Shown in pieces: positions 10,239 to 18,956 of a stretch of DNA of 64,000 nt. The notes under the pieces were generated by a model that was given only the letters and a program-made list of their open reading frames with translations, did no database searches and was not told the origin of the DNA. Numbering within the stretch: position 1 is the stretch's first letter; every line of letters begins with the position of its first letter. This DNA is from Spirochaetia bacterium (lineage in GTDB: Bacteria; Spirochaetota; Spirochaetia; CADAEX01), in the NCBI GenBank assembly GCA_963662795.1, contig OY759746.1, forward strand, positions 3,424,001 to 3,488,000, read 5' to 3'. Made by a program: the position numbers and the translations under genes.

Positions 10239-10505
10239 TTATTCAACAATAGCAACAATATCTGCAGCTTTAACAATCAGATAGTCTACATTTTCGATTT
10301 TGATGGAAGTTCCGGCATATTTGTCATACATAATTTTCTGCCCGACTTTTACCTTGATTGCATCTTTATCATCGCCGATAGCGGAAACAACACCTGTCTG
10401 TGTTTTCTCCTGTGCAGTCTGCGGTATAAACAGGCCTCCTTTTGTTTTCTCTTCTGACTCCGTAATCTTAACTAACACCCTGTCGCCTAATGGTGTGATT
10501 TTCAT
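10239..10505 (-). CDS. groES: Co-chaperonin GroES
   Basis: ITPLGDRVLV, TKGGLFIP, KVGQKIMYDKYAGT; AGGAGG SD upstream. Confidence 0.95.
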   Translation of the reverse strand: MKITPLGDRVLVKITESEEKTKGGLFIPQTAQEKTQTGVVSAIGDDKDAIKVKVGQKIMYDKYAGTSIKIENVDYLIVKAADIVAIVE

Positions 10506-10567
10506 TTGTATCCTCCTGAAAGACTGTTAAATTATTTGATTTAAGTTAATATAAAAATAACAATAAA

Positions 10568-10596
10568 AATATACGAATCTTGTTAATAATGGTCAA
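10568..10596 (-). promoter_or_regulatory. Putative sigma70 promoter of groES
   Basis: Minus strand TTGACC-17 bp-TATATT. Confidence 0.55.
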
Positions 10597-10816
10597 GATA
10601 AATAATACCGCAGGATTTCTGTAAAATCTGTAAGATTTGAAATAATACTTCCTGATTTATTATAAATTGTGTCATAAGTAATCAGTATTAAGGATAAAAT
10701 TAATTAGTGCGTATTAATGACACATGAAGAAATCCGGTCATAATAATATATTTTTTAATTATTTAATAAATGCTTGTATTATAAGGAATTATTAAATATC
10801 GATTAAAAGTTCAGAT

Positions 10817-10832
10817 TGGCACACATATTGCA
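10817..10832 (+). promoter_or_regulatory. Sigma54 (-24/-12) promoter
   Basis: TGGCAC-ACATA-TTGCA matches the TGGCAC-N5-TTGC(A/T) consensus with exact GG-N10-GC spacing, 30 bp upstream of the sigma gene ATG. Confidence 0.8.
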
Positions 10833-10861
10833 AATATATAGTTGTTTGGGAGGTGCAATAT

Positions 10862-11734
10862 ATGTCAGCAACTATTACTAAAGTCAAAAAAGCAAAAAAA
10901 ACCGGTGATGAGAATACACTTTCGATCTATTTGAAAGAAATAAACAATATTCCTCTTTTATCAAGAGAAGATGAAGAAAAATATGCAAGGCTTGCTGCTT
11001 CAGGTGATAAAAGCGCAAGAGACATTCTTGTGAAGTCAAACCTCAGGTTTGTAGTAAATGTAGCAAAAAAATACAAAAATCAGGGCATTCCGCTTTCAGA
11101 TCTCATAAATGAAGGTAACATTGGTCTTCTTAATGCGGTTGAGAAATATGATGTAGACAGGGGATACCATTTCATATCTTATGCAGTCTGGTGGATTAAA
11201 CAGGCTATACTTAAAGCAATTGGTGAAAAATCCAGAATGATAAGACTGCCGCTTAACAGGGCAGGAGAGCTTGTGCAGATCGAAAGACTTAAAAAGGAAT
11301 ATATTGCATTAAACGGCAGTGATCCTGATCTCAGGGATATTGCTTCAGATTTAAGTCTTACAGAAGAACATGTAAGGGAGATGATAAATATTTCCCGCGA
11401 ACATATATCAATTGATACACCTGTTTCATCAGGTGAAAGAGATTCTGCCAAAATATCTGATTACATTGAAGATACACGCTACAAACAGCCTGATGAATTT
11501 ATAATTGACAGATCACTTAAAGAAGAGATAAATAAACTTCTTGCCACATTATCCGGTAAAGAAGCAGATATAATTGAACAGCGGTTTGGCCTTAACGGTG
11601 AGACTCCACAGTCGTTAAAGGAAATTGGCGACAGATTCAATCTTACAAAAGAAAGAATCAGGCAGATAGAAAAAAAAGCTCTTGAAAGACTGAAACACGT
11701 TTCAAGAAAGCAGTATCTTGAAGCCTATATTTAA
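10862..11734 (+). CDS. Sigma70-family RNA polymerase sigma factor lacking region 1.1 (RpoD/RpoS-like alternative sigma)
   Basis: Region 1.2 IYLKEINNIPLLSREDE; region 2 NLRFVVNVAKKY..DLINEGNIGL..SYAVWWIKQAI; region 4 SLKEIGDRFNLTKERIRQIE; GGGAGG SD 8 nt before ATG 10862. Confidence 0.92.
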   Translation: MSATITKVKKAKKTGDENTLSIYLKEINNIPLLSREDEEKYARLAASGDKSARDILVKSNLRFVVNVAKKYKNQGIPLSDLINEGNIGLLNAVEKYDVDRGYHFISYAVWWIKQAILKAIGEKSRMIRLPLNRAGELVQIERLKKEYIALNGSDPDLRDIASDLSLTEEHVREMINISREHISIDTPVSSGERDSAKISDYIEDTRYKQPDEFIIDRSLKEEINKLLATLSGKEADIIEQRFGLNGETPQSLKEIGDRFNLTKERIRQIEKKALERLKHVSRKQYLEAYI

Positions 11735-11802
11735 TATCCAATAATAATTATTCTGTGTTTATCGATAACCTTTGGTGATATATGTTATTGCCAGGGGTTA
11801 TC

Positions 11803-11831
11803 TTGACATATAATTGATAATATTTTAGTCT
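11803..11831 (+). promoter_or_regulatory. Putative sigma70 promoter of ppdK
   Basis: TTGACA-17 bp-TAGTCT. Confidence 0.55.
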
Positions 11832-11917
11832 AATATCTGTAAAAATCTCAAATAAATACTACTGGTAATAAGCAATTATTCAATCTGGTAGAAAACAATC
11901 TGGAGGTCAGTAAAATA

Positions 11918-14578
11918 ATGTCTATGGAAAAATTTGTTTACTTTTTTGGTGGCGGAACATCAGACGGTAAAGCTGAAATGAAACAGCTGCTTGGCGGTAA
12001 AGGCGCTAATCTTGCAGAAATGACTAATATGGGAATTCCGGTTCCTCCCGGTTTTACAATTTCAACAGAGGTCTGTAAAGTTTATTATGAAAACAATAAA
12101 ACCTATCCTGAAGTTGTCAGAAAACAGGTAAAAGAAAACCTTGAAAAACTAGAAAAACTTCAGGGTAAAAAACTTGGCGATCCTTCTGATCCCCTGCTGG
12201 TATCAGTAAGGTCAGGCGCAGCTGTTTCCATGCCTGGAATGATGGACACAATCCTTAACCTTGGACTTAATGACAAGGCAGTAGAGCAGCTTGCTGTAAA
12301 AACTGGGAATCCAAGGTTTGCATGGGATGCTTACAGACGTTTTATTCAGATGTTCGGTGATGTCGCAATGGGTGTTCCTCATCATGATTTTGAAGCTATT
12401 CTTGAATCTGTAAAAAAAGAGAAAGGTGTCGAAAATGATATCGAGCTTACAGCAGATGATTTCAAGAAAGTCGTAAAACTATATAAAGAAGCTTACAAAA
12501 ATTTTTTAAAGGAAGATTTTCCCCAGGATCCCATGGTTCAGCTTTGGGCAGCGATAGATGCGGTTTTCGGCTCATGGAATAACACAAGAGCTATAAAATA
12601 CAGGGCCATTAACGGCATTGTTGGTCTGCTGGGAACTGCTGTAAACGTACAGACTATGGTTTTCGGTAACTACGGGGATACTTCAGGCACAGGCGTTTGT
12701 TTTTCAAGAGACCCTTCAACAGGTGAAAATTATTTCTACGGCGAATATCTCATGAATGCTCAGGGAGAAGATGTCGTAGCAGGTATAAGAACTCCTGAAA
12801 CATTGAAATCGCTTGAAAAAGAAAATCCTGAGATGTACAGGCAGCTTGTTGGTTTCAAGGAAAAACTTGAAAATCATTTCAAGGATATGCAGGATATAGA
12901 ATTTACGATTCAGCAGGGTGTTCTTTATATACTTCAGACAAGAAACGCTAAAAGAACAGGTCCTGCAGCTATCCGCTGCGCTGTAGAAATGGTTTCTGAA
13001 GGTATGATCAGCAAAGAGACAGCTGTAAAGAGGGTAACACCCGAGCAGCTTGATCAGCTTCTCCATCCGATGATTGACCCCAAATTGAAAAAAACACTTA
13101 AAGTTCTTACAAAAGGACTTAACGCTTCCCCAGGCGCTGCCTGCGGACAGGTAGTATTTACTGCAGATGAGGCAGAACACTGGGCAAAAGATGGCAAAAA
13201 AGTACTTCTTGTAAGAAAAGAGACATCACCGGAAGATATCGGCGGTATGGTTGTTGCCCAGGGTATTCTTACATCAACAGGAGGTATGACAAGTCATGCA
13301 GCTGTTGTTGCCAGAGGAATGGGGACACCTTGTGTTGCCGGCTGTAAAGATCTTTCAATTACCGGAAAATCAATCAAGGTAAAAGGACTTGAAATCAAGG
13401 AAGGCGATTATATTACCATCGACGGTTCAACAGGAGAAGTTTTCAACGGTAAAATTGATCTTGCAAAACCGAAATTCGACGACAGACTGACAAAATTCCT
13501 CACATGGGCAGATGAAATCAGATGGTCTGCGGAAAGAAAAGGCCTTCCAAAAGGTTTTCTCGTCAGGACCAATGCAGACCAGCCGCATGATGCAGTAATT
13601 GCAAGAGAATTCGGCGCGGAAGGTATCGGACTCTGCAGAACTGAACACATGTTCTTTGACGCGGAAAAGCTTGAAATATTTCAGCAGATGATTGTTGCTG
13701 AAGATGTGGAAACAAGGAAAAACGTACTTAAAAAACTTATTGTTCTTCAGCAGAAAGACTTTGAAGGTATTTTTGAAGCAATGAACGGCCTTCCTGTTAC
13801 AATCAGGCTTCTTGATCCGCCGCTTCATGAGTTTGTGCCTAAAACACCGGAAGATACAAAAGCTCTTGCAGGTAAAATCGGTATTCCTGTAGAAAAACTT
13901 CAGTCAAAGATTGATTCGCTTCATGAACTCAATCCGATGCTTGGCCACCGCGGCTGCCGTCTGGGTGTAACATATCCTGAAATATATGATATGCAGGTTG
14001 AAGCAATCATGAGAGCTGCATGTGAGCAGACAAAGAAGGGCGTAAAAGTAATTCCTGAGATTATGATACCTCTTATCGGAACATATCAGGAATTGAAGAT
14101 GCTCAGGTTAAATGCTGAGAAAGTAATTGCATCTGTATTTGAAACCATGAAGATGAAGGTCGATCATAAAATAGGTACAATGATTGAAATACCGAGAGCT
14201 GCTATTACAGCGGATGAAGTTGCAAAATATGCTGATTTCTTTTCCTTCGGTACAAACGACCTGACACAGATGACCTATGGTTATTCAAGAGATGATATCG
14301 GCTCCTTCCTGCCTGATTATATTGAGAAGGGAGTTCTTGAAAGAGACCCGTTCCAGGCTATTGATCAGAATGGTGTAGGTGTACTTGTAAAAATGGCTGC
14401 TGATAAATCAAGAGCCATTAAGCCCGATATCAAACTTGGTATCTGCGGCGAACATGGAGGAGAATCCTCTTCAATAGAATTCTGCTACAGAACAGGACTT
14501 AATTATGTTTCATGTTCTCCCTACAGGGTTCCTCTTGCAAGACTCTCTGCAGCTCAGGCCGTACTTAAAAATAAGTAA
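11918..14578 (+). CDS. ppdK: Pyruvate, phosphate dikinase
   Basis: LGGKGANLAEM, SVRSGAAVSMPGMMDT, phospho-His motif GGMTSHAAVVARG, GIGLCRTEHMF, SFGTNDLTQ, GICGEHGG. Confidence 0.97.
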   Translation: MSMEKFVYFFGGGTSDGKAEMKQLLGGKGANLAEMTNMGIPVPPGFTISTEVCKVYYENNKTYPEVVRKQVKENLEKLEKLQGKKLGDPSDPLLVSVRSGAAVSMPGMMDTILNLGLNDKAVEQLAVKTGNPRFAWDAYRRFIQMFGDVAMGVPHHDFEAILESVKKEKGVENDIELTADDFKKVVKLYKEAYKNFLKEDFPQDPMVQLWAAIDAVFGSWNNTRAIKYRAINGIVGLLGTAVNVQTMVFGNYGDTSGTGVCFSRDPSTGENYFYGEYLMNAQGEDVVAGIRTPETLKSLEKENPEMYRQLVGFKEKLENHFKDMQDIEFTIQQGVLYILQTRNAKRTGPAAIRCAVEMVSEGMISKETAVKRVTPEQLDQLLHPMIDPKLKKTLKVLTKGLNASPGAACGQVVFTADEAEHWAKDGKKVLLVRKETSPEDIGGMVVAQGILTSTGGMTSHAAVVARGMGTPCVAGCKDLSITGKSIKVKGLEIKEGDYITIDGSTGEVFNGKIDLAKPKFDDRLTKFLTWADEIRWSAERKGLPKGFLVRTNADQPHDAVIAREFGAEGIGLCRTEHMFFDAEKLEIFQQMIVAEDVETRKNVLKKLIVLQQKDFEGIFEAMNGLPVTIRLLDPPLHEFVPKTPEDTKALAGKIGIPVEKLQSKIDSLHELNPMLGHRGCRLGVTYPEIYDMQVEAIMRAACEQTKKGVKVIPEIMIPLIGTYQELKMLRLNAEKVIASVFETMKMKVDHKIGTMIEIPRAAITADEVAKYADFFSFGTNDLTQMTYGYSRDDIGSFLPDYIEKGVLERDPFQAIDQNGVGVLVKMAADKSRAIKPDIKLGICGEHGGESSSIEFCYRTGLNYVSCSPYRVPLARLSAAQAVLKNK

Positions 14579-14597
14579 TTTCTCTTTATGTGAAAAT

Positions 14598-14626
14598 AAA
14601 GGCTGTCCTTTGCAGGACAGCCTTTT
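14598..14626 (+). terminator. Intrinsic terminator of ppdK
   Basis: AAAGGCTGTCCT-TTGC-AGGACAGCCTTTT perfect stem plus T tract. Confidence 0.85.
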
Positions 14627-14656
14627 CTGTATCTGCAATATCTTCAATATCATAAA

Positions 14657-15394
14657 ATGAAAGATAACCTTATATTTATTTATAAAAAATTAATTGAAAA
14701 TTATGGACCTCAGGGATGGTGGCCTTTACTGTTTGAGGAAAGAAAAGATTTTTCAGACAGCAAAGGATATCATAAAAATTTTACAATCTTTACACAGACA
14801 AAAACCGACAGATTCGAAATAAGCACCGGAGCTGTACTCACGCAAAATACAAACTGGAATAATGTGTACAACAGTTTAACTGAATTTAAAAAATCTTCGA
14901 TAACAACACCTGAAAGTTTTCTTGGAGCTGATATAGATATAATTAAAAATATTATAAAAAAAACCGGGTATTACAATCAGAAATATATCAAACTGGTCAA
15001 TCTGATATCATTTCTGCAAAACAATAATTATTTGGAATTTCCTGATGATCTGTCACGTGAAGCTCTACTTGATATATGGGGAATAGGGGAGGAGACTGCG
15101 GATTCAATATTGCTGTATGCGTTTAACAGAAAAGTATTTGTGATAGATGCATATTCAAAAAGAATTGCCTCCCGCCTTGACTCAAGTCTGAAATTAAAAA
15201 CCTACAAGGAGTATCAAAATTATTTTACAGAAAATATTCCGGATGATCTTGAAATATATAATCAGTATCATGCCTTGATTGTCAAACATTGTGTGGAGAT
15301 ATGCAGGAAAAGGCCAGACTGTGACAAATGCATATTATTTCCATACTGCGATAAGGCAATAAAAGGGAGTAAACCTTATAAGATTGATAAGTAG
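14657..15394 (+). CDS. HhH-GPD superfamily, endonuclease III-related DNA glycosylase with 4Fe-4S motif
   Basis: YGPQGWWP, GAVLTQNTNW, HhH LLDIWGIGEETADSILLYA, VIDAY, C-terminal CRKRPDCDKCILFPYC. Confidence 0.85.
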   Translation: MKDNLIFIYKKLIENYGPQGWWPLLFEERKDFSDSKGYHKNFTIFTQTKTDRFEISTGAVLTQNTNWNNVYNSLTEFKKSSITTPESFLGADIDIIKNIIKKTGYYNQKYIKLVNLISFLQNNNYLEFPDDLSREALLDIWGIGEETADSILLYAFNRKVFVIDAYSKRIASRLDSSLKLKTYKEYQNYFTENIPDDLEIYNQYHALIVKHCVEICRKRPDCDKCILFPYCDKAIKGSKPYKIDK

Positions 15395-15437
15395 ACAGAA
15401 GATATATTATCGGAAGTAATGATAATGTTTATTTATT

Positions 15438-15725
15438 CTATTTCTTCTCGCTGACCTTGTGATATATATAGATTACAGTTATGGAAATAACAAGCGGCGG
15501 AAAAATATTTACTACTCCGTTTATCATGGTCAATGCGCTTATTATATTTGTAAAATAGTATTCTATAATTGCGCCAAGAAAAGAACCGATAATTGAAACA
15601 ATAAGAACGCCCCAGAAATTTCCTATAAACGCTTTATTGTAGACATAATAAAAAACAAGAGCTGATGCAAATCCTATAAGAATATAAATAATTCCGATGT
15701 TGAAATAATATGAAAACATGCGCAA
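15438..15725 (-). CDS. Small membrane protein (GlsB/YeaQ/YmgE-like)
   Basis: Three hydrophobic helices with GNFWGVLIVSIIGSFLG; the start may be ATG at 15719. Confidence 0.55.
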   Translation of the reverse strand: MRMFSYYFNIGIIYILIGFASALVFYYVYNKAFIGNFWGVLIVSIIGSFLGAIIEYYFTNIISALTMINGVVNIFPPLVISITVIYIYHKVSEKK

Positions 15726-15740
15726 CCTATCCTTGTTTGA

Positions 15741-16400
15741 CTAAAAAGTTCCATAGTCTATATAGCCAAGCCATACCGGCTTGCTGTAAATATTGTATAC
15801 CCTGTCGTATTTACCGTATGAAAAAACAAATAATGAAAGTGTAACATCCGCAACCGGCACATCAGAATCACTTTCAGACATATCATCATATATAAATGAT
15901 TTATAATAATCAGTATCAGCCGGATCTGTAACTACCCTGTATAATTTCGTATTATTATAATCAACTGTGGGTATTGTATCAGAAGCTATGTAAGTAAAAT
16001 CAATATTTATCACAAAACTTTCATCCCTGTCATTATAATCTATGGGTATCATAGGATAAGGAGTTTTTGAATCAGTATTATTTACAGTATTTATTCTTTT
16101 AAACCCAAGATTCGCCAGGTCCGACGGCTCAGGTTCCTCAACTGAAAAAAGATTATTATAATCAGCTGCGTTTTCAGCCTTGAAATTAGCCTTATTATAA
16201 AATTTATAATAAAGCTCATACCCCTGAAAAACATCAGAATCATTATCGCTGCGGTTATAAATCTTTATATTACCGGAAGAACCAGTTAAGGCAGATACTT
16301 CGGGTGCATAAATATATGGATAATCATTAAGCCCGCAACCCTGAATAAGGAAGAAAAATAATGCGGGCAAAAAGATAATAATTCTGTTAAGGGGTATCAT
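15741..16400 (-). CDS. Putative lipoprotein
   Basis: Signal peptide ending FFFLIQG-C (lipobox); start refined to ATG 16400, overlapping the cyclase stop. Confidence 0.7.
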   Translation of the reverse strand: MIPLNRIIIFLPALFFFLIQGCGLNDYPYIYAPEVSALTGSSGNIKIYNRSDNDSDVFQGYELYYKFYNKANFKAENAADYNNLFSVEEPEPSDLANLGFKRINTVNNTDSKTPYPMIPIDYNDRDESFVINIDFTYIASDTIPTVDYNNTKLYRVVTDPADTDYYKSFIYDDMSESDSDVPVADVTLSLFVFSYGKYDRVYNIYSKPVWLGYIDYGTF

Positions 16401-18783
16401 AACCTCCCTTGATATCAAGAAGCTCATAAATCAATACCGGTTTATTTTTTCCTTTTACCCTTATATTGTCAAGTTCTCTGACTATTACTTTATCCTTTAC
16501 AAGAGGATAAGTAAATTCGCTTATAATTATCTGTGTAGCATACTGCTTGTTGGTTCCTTCAAGACGCGCCCCGAGGTTGACGTTATCGCCCATAAGCGTA
16601 TAATTCATCCTTCCAAGAGAGCCCATGTTCCCGACAGTCATTACCCCTGAATTCAGACCGATACCGATGTTGATTCTCTTTTCAGGCGGCCAGCCTTCAT
16701 TGAGTTTGCGGAGTGCCTCCATCTGCTTTAAGGCGCATTTGCAGGCAAGAAGCGCATGGTCTTCCTGGGGAAGCGGAGCGCCCCAGAAACACATTATTTC
16801 ATCGCCTACATACTTATCAAGAGTACCCCTGAATTCAAGTATAATATCTGTCATGGAAGTAAGATATATATTTAAATGGTTGACAAGTTCCTGGGGAGTC
16901 ATTGTTTCTGATAAAGTTGTAAATCCCCTGATATCTGAAAAAAATACAGTAAGGTTTTTATCCACTCCTCCCAGCTCCGGAGGATTTTCAAGAATCTGAT
17001 CAACAACAGCGGGGCTTACATATCTTCCAAACATGTTTTTTATCCGTTTCTTGTCTTTTTCCTCAGTCATTACCCTGTATACAACGATGGAAAGAAATGT
17101 AAAAAACACACCGATTGCAGAAGGCGCAAAATCAACAATATAATTCATGGAATCAAAAATAATGCTTGTTGAGATAAAAAACACAAGAACAGAAAAAATG
17201 GAAAAAACCGCAGCCCAGAGTGTTGAAAGTCTTGAGGTTAAAAAAGCTGTGCACATTACAAGAAAAAATAAAATTGAAATATTTATCCAGGACGGAACTT
17301 CTTTAAGGAATTTATTCATCAGGATTGTATTAAGTGCGTTGGCGTGGATTTCAACACCATACATCAGTCCATAGGGAGTTGTTTTTTCATCTGCTGCTAT
17401 ACCTCTTGCAAACGGACCTGTCATCAGTATTTTGTTTGCCACCGCCATGGTTTTGGGCCATGTAGAAGAATCAAACGGCGGGGACTTTGCCGCATAACCT
17501 GAATACGATCTTATTGGATATGTCTGATGTCCGCCTGGATCAGCAGTAGAGGGATTTCCCATGAAATTTATCAGCATCTGTCCATTTTCATCAATGGGAA
17601 TTATAACTTCTTCAAGTACTTTTTTTATTTCAGGTTTTATTATGGCACCATCTTTGCTGTATTTTGCAGGTTTTTCAACCACCTGATAAGGGACCCATTC
17701 CTGCTTTTCCAAATCAAAATATTGAGGTGAAGGTATTTTGATGTATTCTCCGATTCTGACTTCTATATCCTCAGGTTTTTTGTTGAAGTACTCAAGGGCA
17801 AGAGACAATGTTATGGCAGGGACAAACGTATCTTTATATTTTTTTACAGTATAAAAATAAACTTCCTCCCCTCCTGTCGTAAGAGCTTTAACCGGAGGTG
17901 AATTTTTTATAACAGTCTCTTTTAATTCTGATATCCGTTCTTCCGTCAGCGGATATTGTATCGGATGATCCTTGCCGTTAATATCTGTCCATCCCAGTCT
18001 TTCAAATATTGTCTCATCAATTTTATAATCAGTTGTTATATCATCAATATTTATAACATCAACCAAAATCGACGATTTCGATATCATACCCTGTCTGCGG
18101 TATATCTTGTCAAAATCTTCCTTGAAATTGGCATGACCATAACCCTTGCTTACCCTGGCAAGCGGCTGAAGAGGAGGCTGGAGACCTGAATAGGAAGTGA
18201 CATTGTGCCAGTTTCCTTTTACATTTTTAATCCTGCCGTAGGTATTGTAAAGTATTTCCTGTCTGCCGATATAATCCTCTGCTATAGCTTCTGATGGAGG
18301 AACTTCATCAAGTACAGTCTCAAGAAAGACCCGCCCGCTCTCCTTAATTGCCTCAACAAGAAGGGCATCATCATAAGCCTTGCTGGTATCCGGCTCAATA
18401 AAAAAAACGTCTATAAACAGCGCCCGTTCCCTTTCTTCCTGATTTTTAATTCGTGAAAAGGTTTTTACCAGATCAGCGTGCCGATACCTGGGAAACGGCC
18501 ATTTGCCGAATTTATTAAGGCTTCTGAAATCAATCCCGACTATAAGTATGTCAGGTGATATATTGGGATTTTGTATTGATTGAGTAACACCTTCCTGAAT
18601 ATAGGTTTTCTGTGAAATATTTTTAAGATAAAAGTTTACATCAATCATTTTGAGTTTTAATTTATTTGTGATATCTGTAAAGTTTTCAGCGAATAGAATC
18701 AGCGAAAATATTAAAACAGCAATTAACATTCCGAAGTATTTGGTCTGCATTAAAAATTTTGCGCTGAATGCTTTTTTACCCAT
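16387..18783 (-). CDS. CHASE2-domain class III adenylate/guanylate cyclase
   Basis: N-terminal TM; CHASE2 motifs (IVGID..SLNKFGKWPFPR, TTPYGLMYGVEIHANALNTIL); three TMs; catalytic FSDIRGFT, DKYVGD, NYTLMGDNVNLGARLEG, VKGK. Confidence 0.92.
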   Translation of the reverse strand: MGKKAFSAKFLMQTKYFGMLIAVLIFSLILFAENFTDITNKLKLKMIDVNFYLKNISQKTYIQEGVTQSIQNPNISPDILIVGIDFRSLNKFGKWPFPRYRHADLVKTFSRIKNQEERERALFIDVFFIEPDTSKAYDDALLVEAIKESGRVFLETVLDEVPPSEAIAEDYIGRQEILYNTYGRIKNVKGNWHNVTSYSGLQPPLQPLARVSKGYGHANFKEDFDKIYRRQGMISKSSILVDVINIDDITTDYKIDETIFERLGWTDINGKDHPIQYPLTEERISELKETVIKNSPPVKALTTGGEEVYFYTVKKYKDTFVPAITLSLALEYFNKKPEDIEVRIGEYIKIPSPQYFDLEKQEWVPYQVVEKPAKYSKDGAIIKPEIKKVLEEVIIPIDENGQMLINFMGNPSTADPGGHQTYPIRSYSGYAAKSPPFDSSTWPKTMAVANKILMTGPFARGIAADEKTTPYGLMYGVEIHANALNTILMNKFLKEVPSWINISILFFLVMCTAFLTSRLSTLWAAVFSIFSVLVFFISTSIIFDSMNYIVDFAPSAIGVFFTFLSIVVYRVMTEEKDKKRIKNMFGRYVSPAVVDQILENPPELGGVDKNLTVFFSDIRGFTTLSETMTPQELVNHLNIYLTSMTDIILEFRGTLDKYVGDEIMCFWGAPLPQEDHALLACKCALKQMEALRKLNEGWPPEKRINIGIGLNSGVMTVGNMGSLGRMNYTLMGDNVNLGARLEGTNKQYATQIIISEFTYPLVKDKVIVRELDNIRVKGKNKPVLIYELLDIKGGYDTP

Positions 18784-18831
18784 TTAAAGTTCCTCCTGAA
18801 TCTGCCAGGGACAGCTTTATCAAAAAATATA

Positions 18832-18860
18832 TTCCTTCCGGAATTTTATCCTGGAAGGAA
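18832..18860 (-). terminator. Stem-loop upstream of the cyclase (terminator or leader structure)
   Basis: TTCCTTCC...GGAAGGAA inverted repeat followed on the minus strand by TATATTTTTTG. Confidence 0.55.
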
Positions 18861-18868
18861 GTTATAAT

Positions 18869-18897
18869 ATTTTACCAGTCGTTACAGGCATATTCAA
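18869..18897 (-). promoter_or_regulatory. Putative sigma70 promoter (extended -10) for the cyclase
   Basis: Minus strand TTGAAT-17 bp-TAAAAT with TG one base before the -10. Confidence 0.5.
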
Positions 18898-18956
18898 AAG
18901 ATTGCCGGATAAATGAATATATGCTTTAAATACTAATTATTCTAAAAACATAGAAA

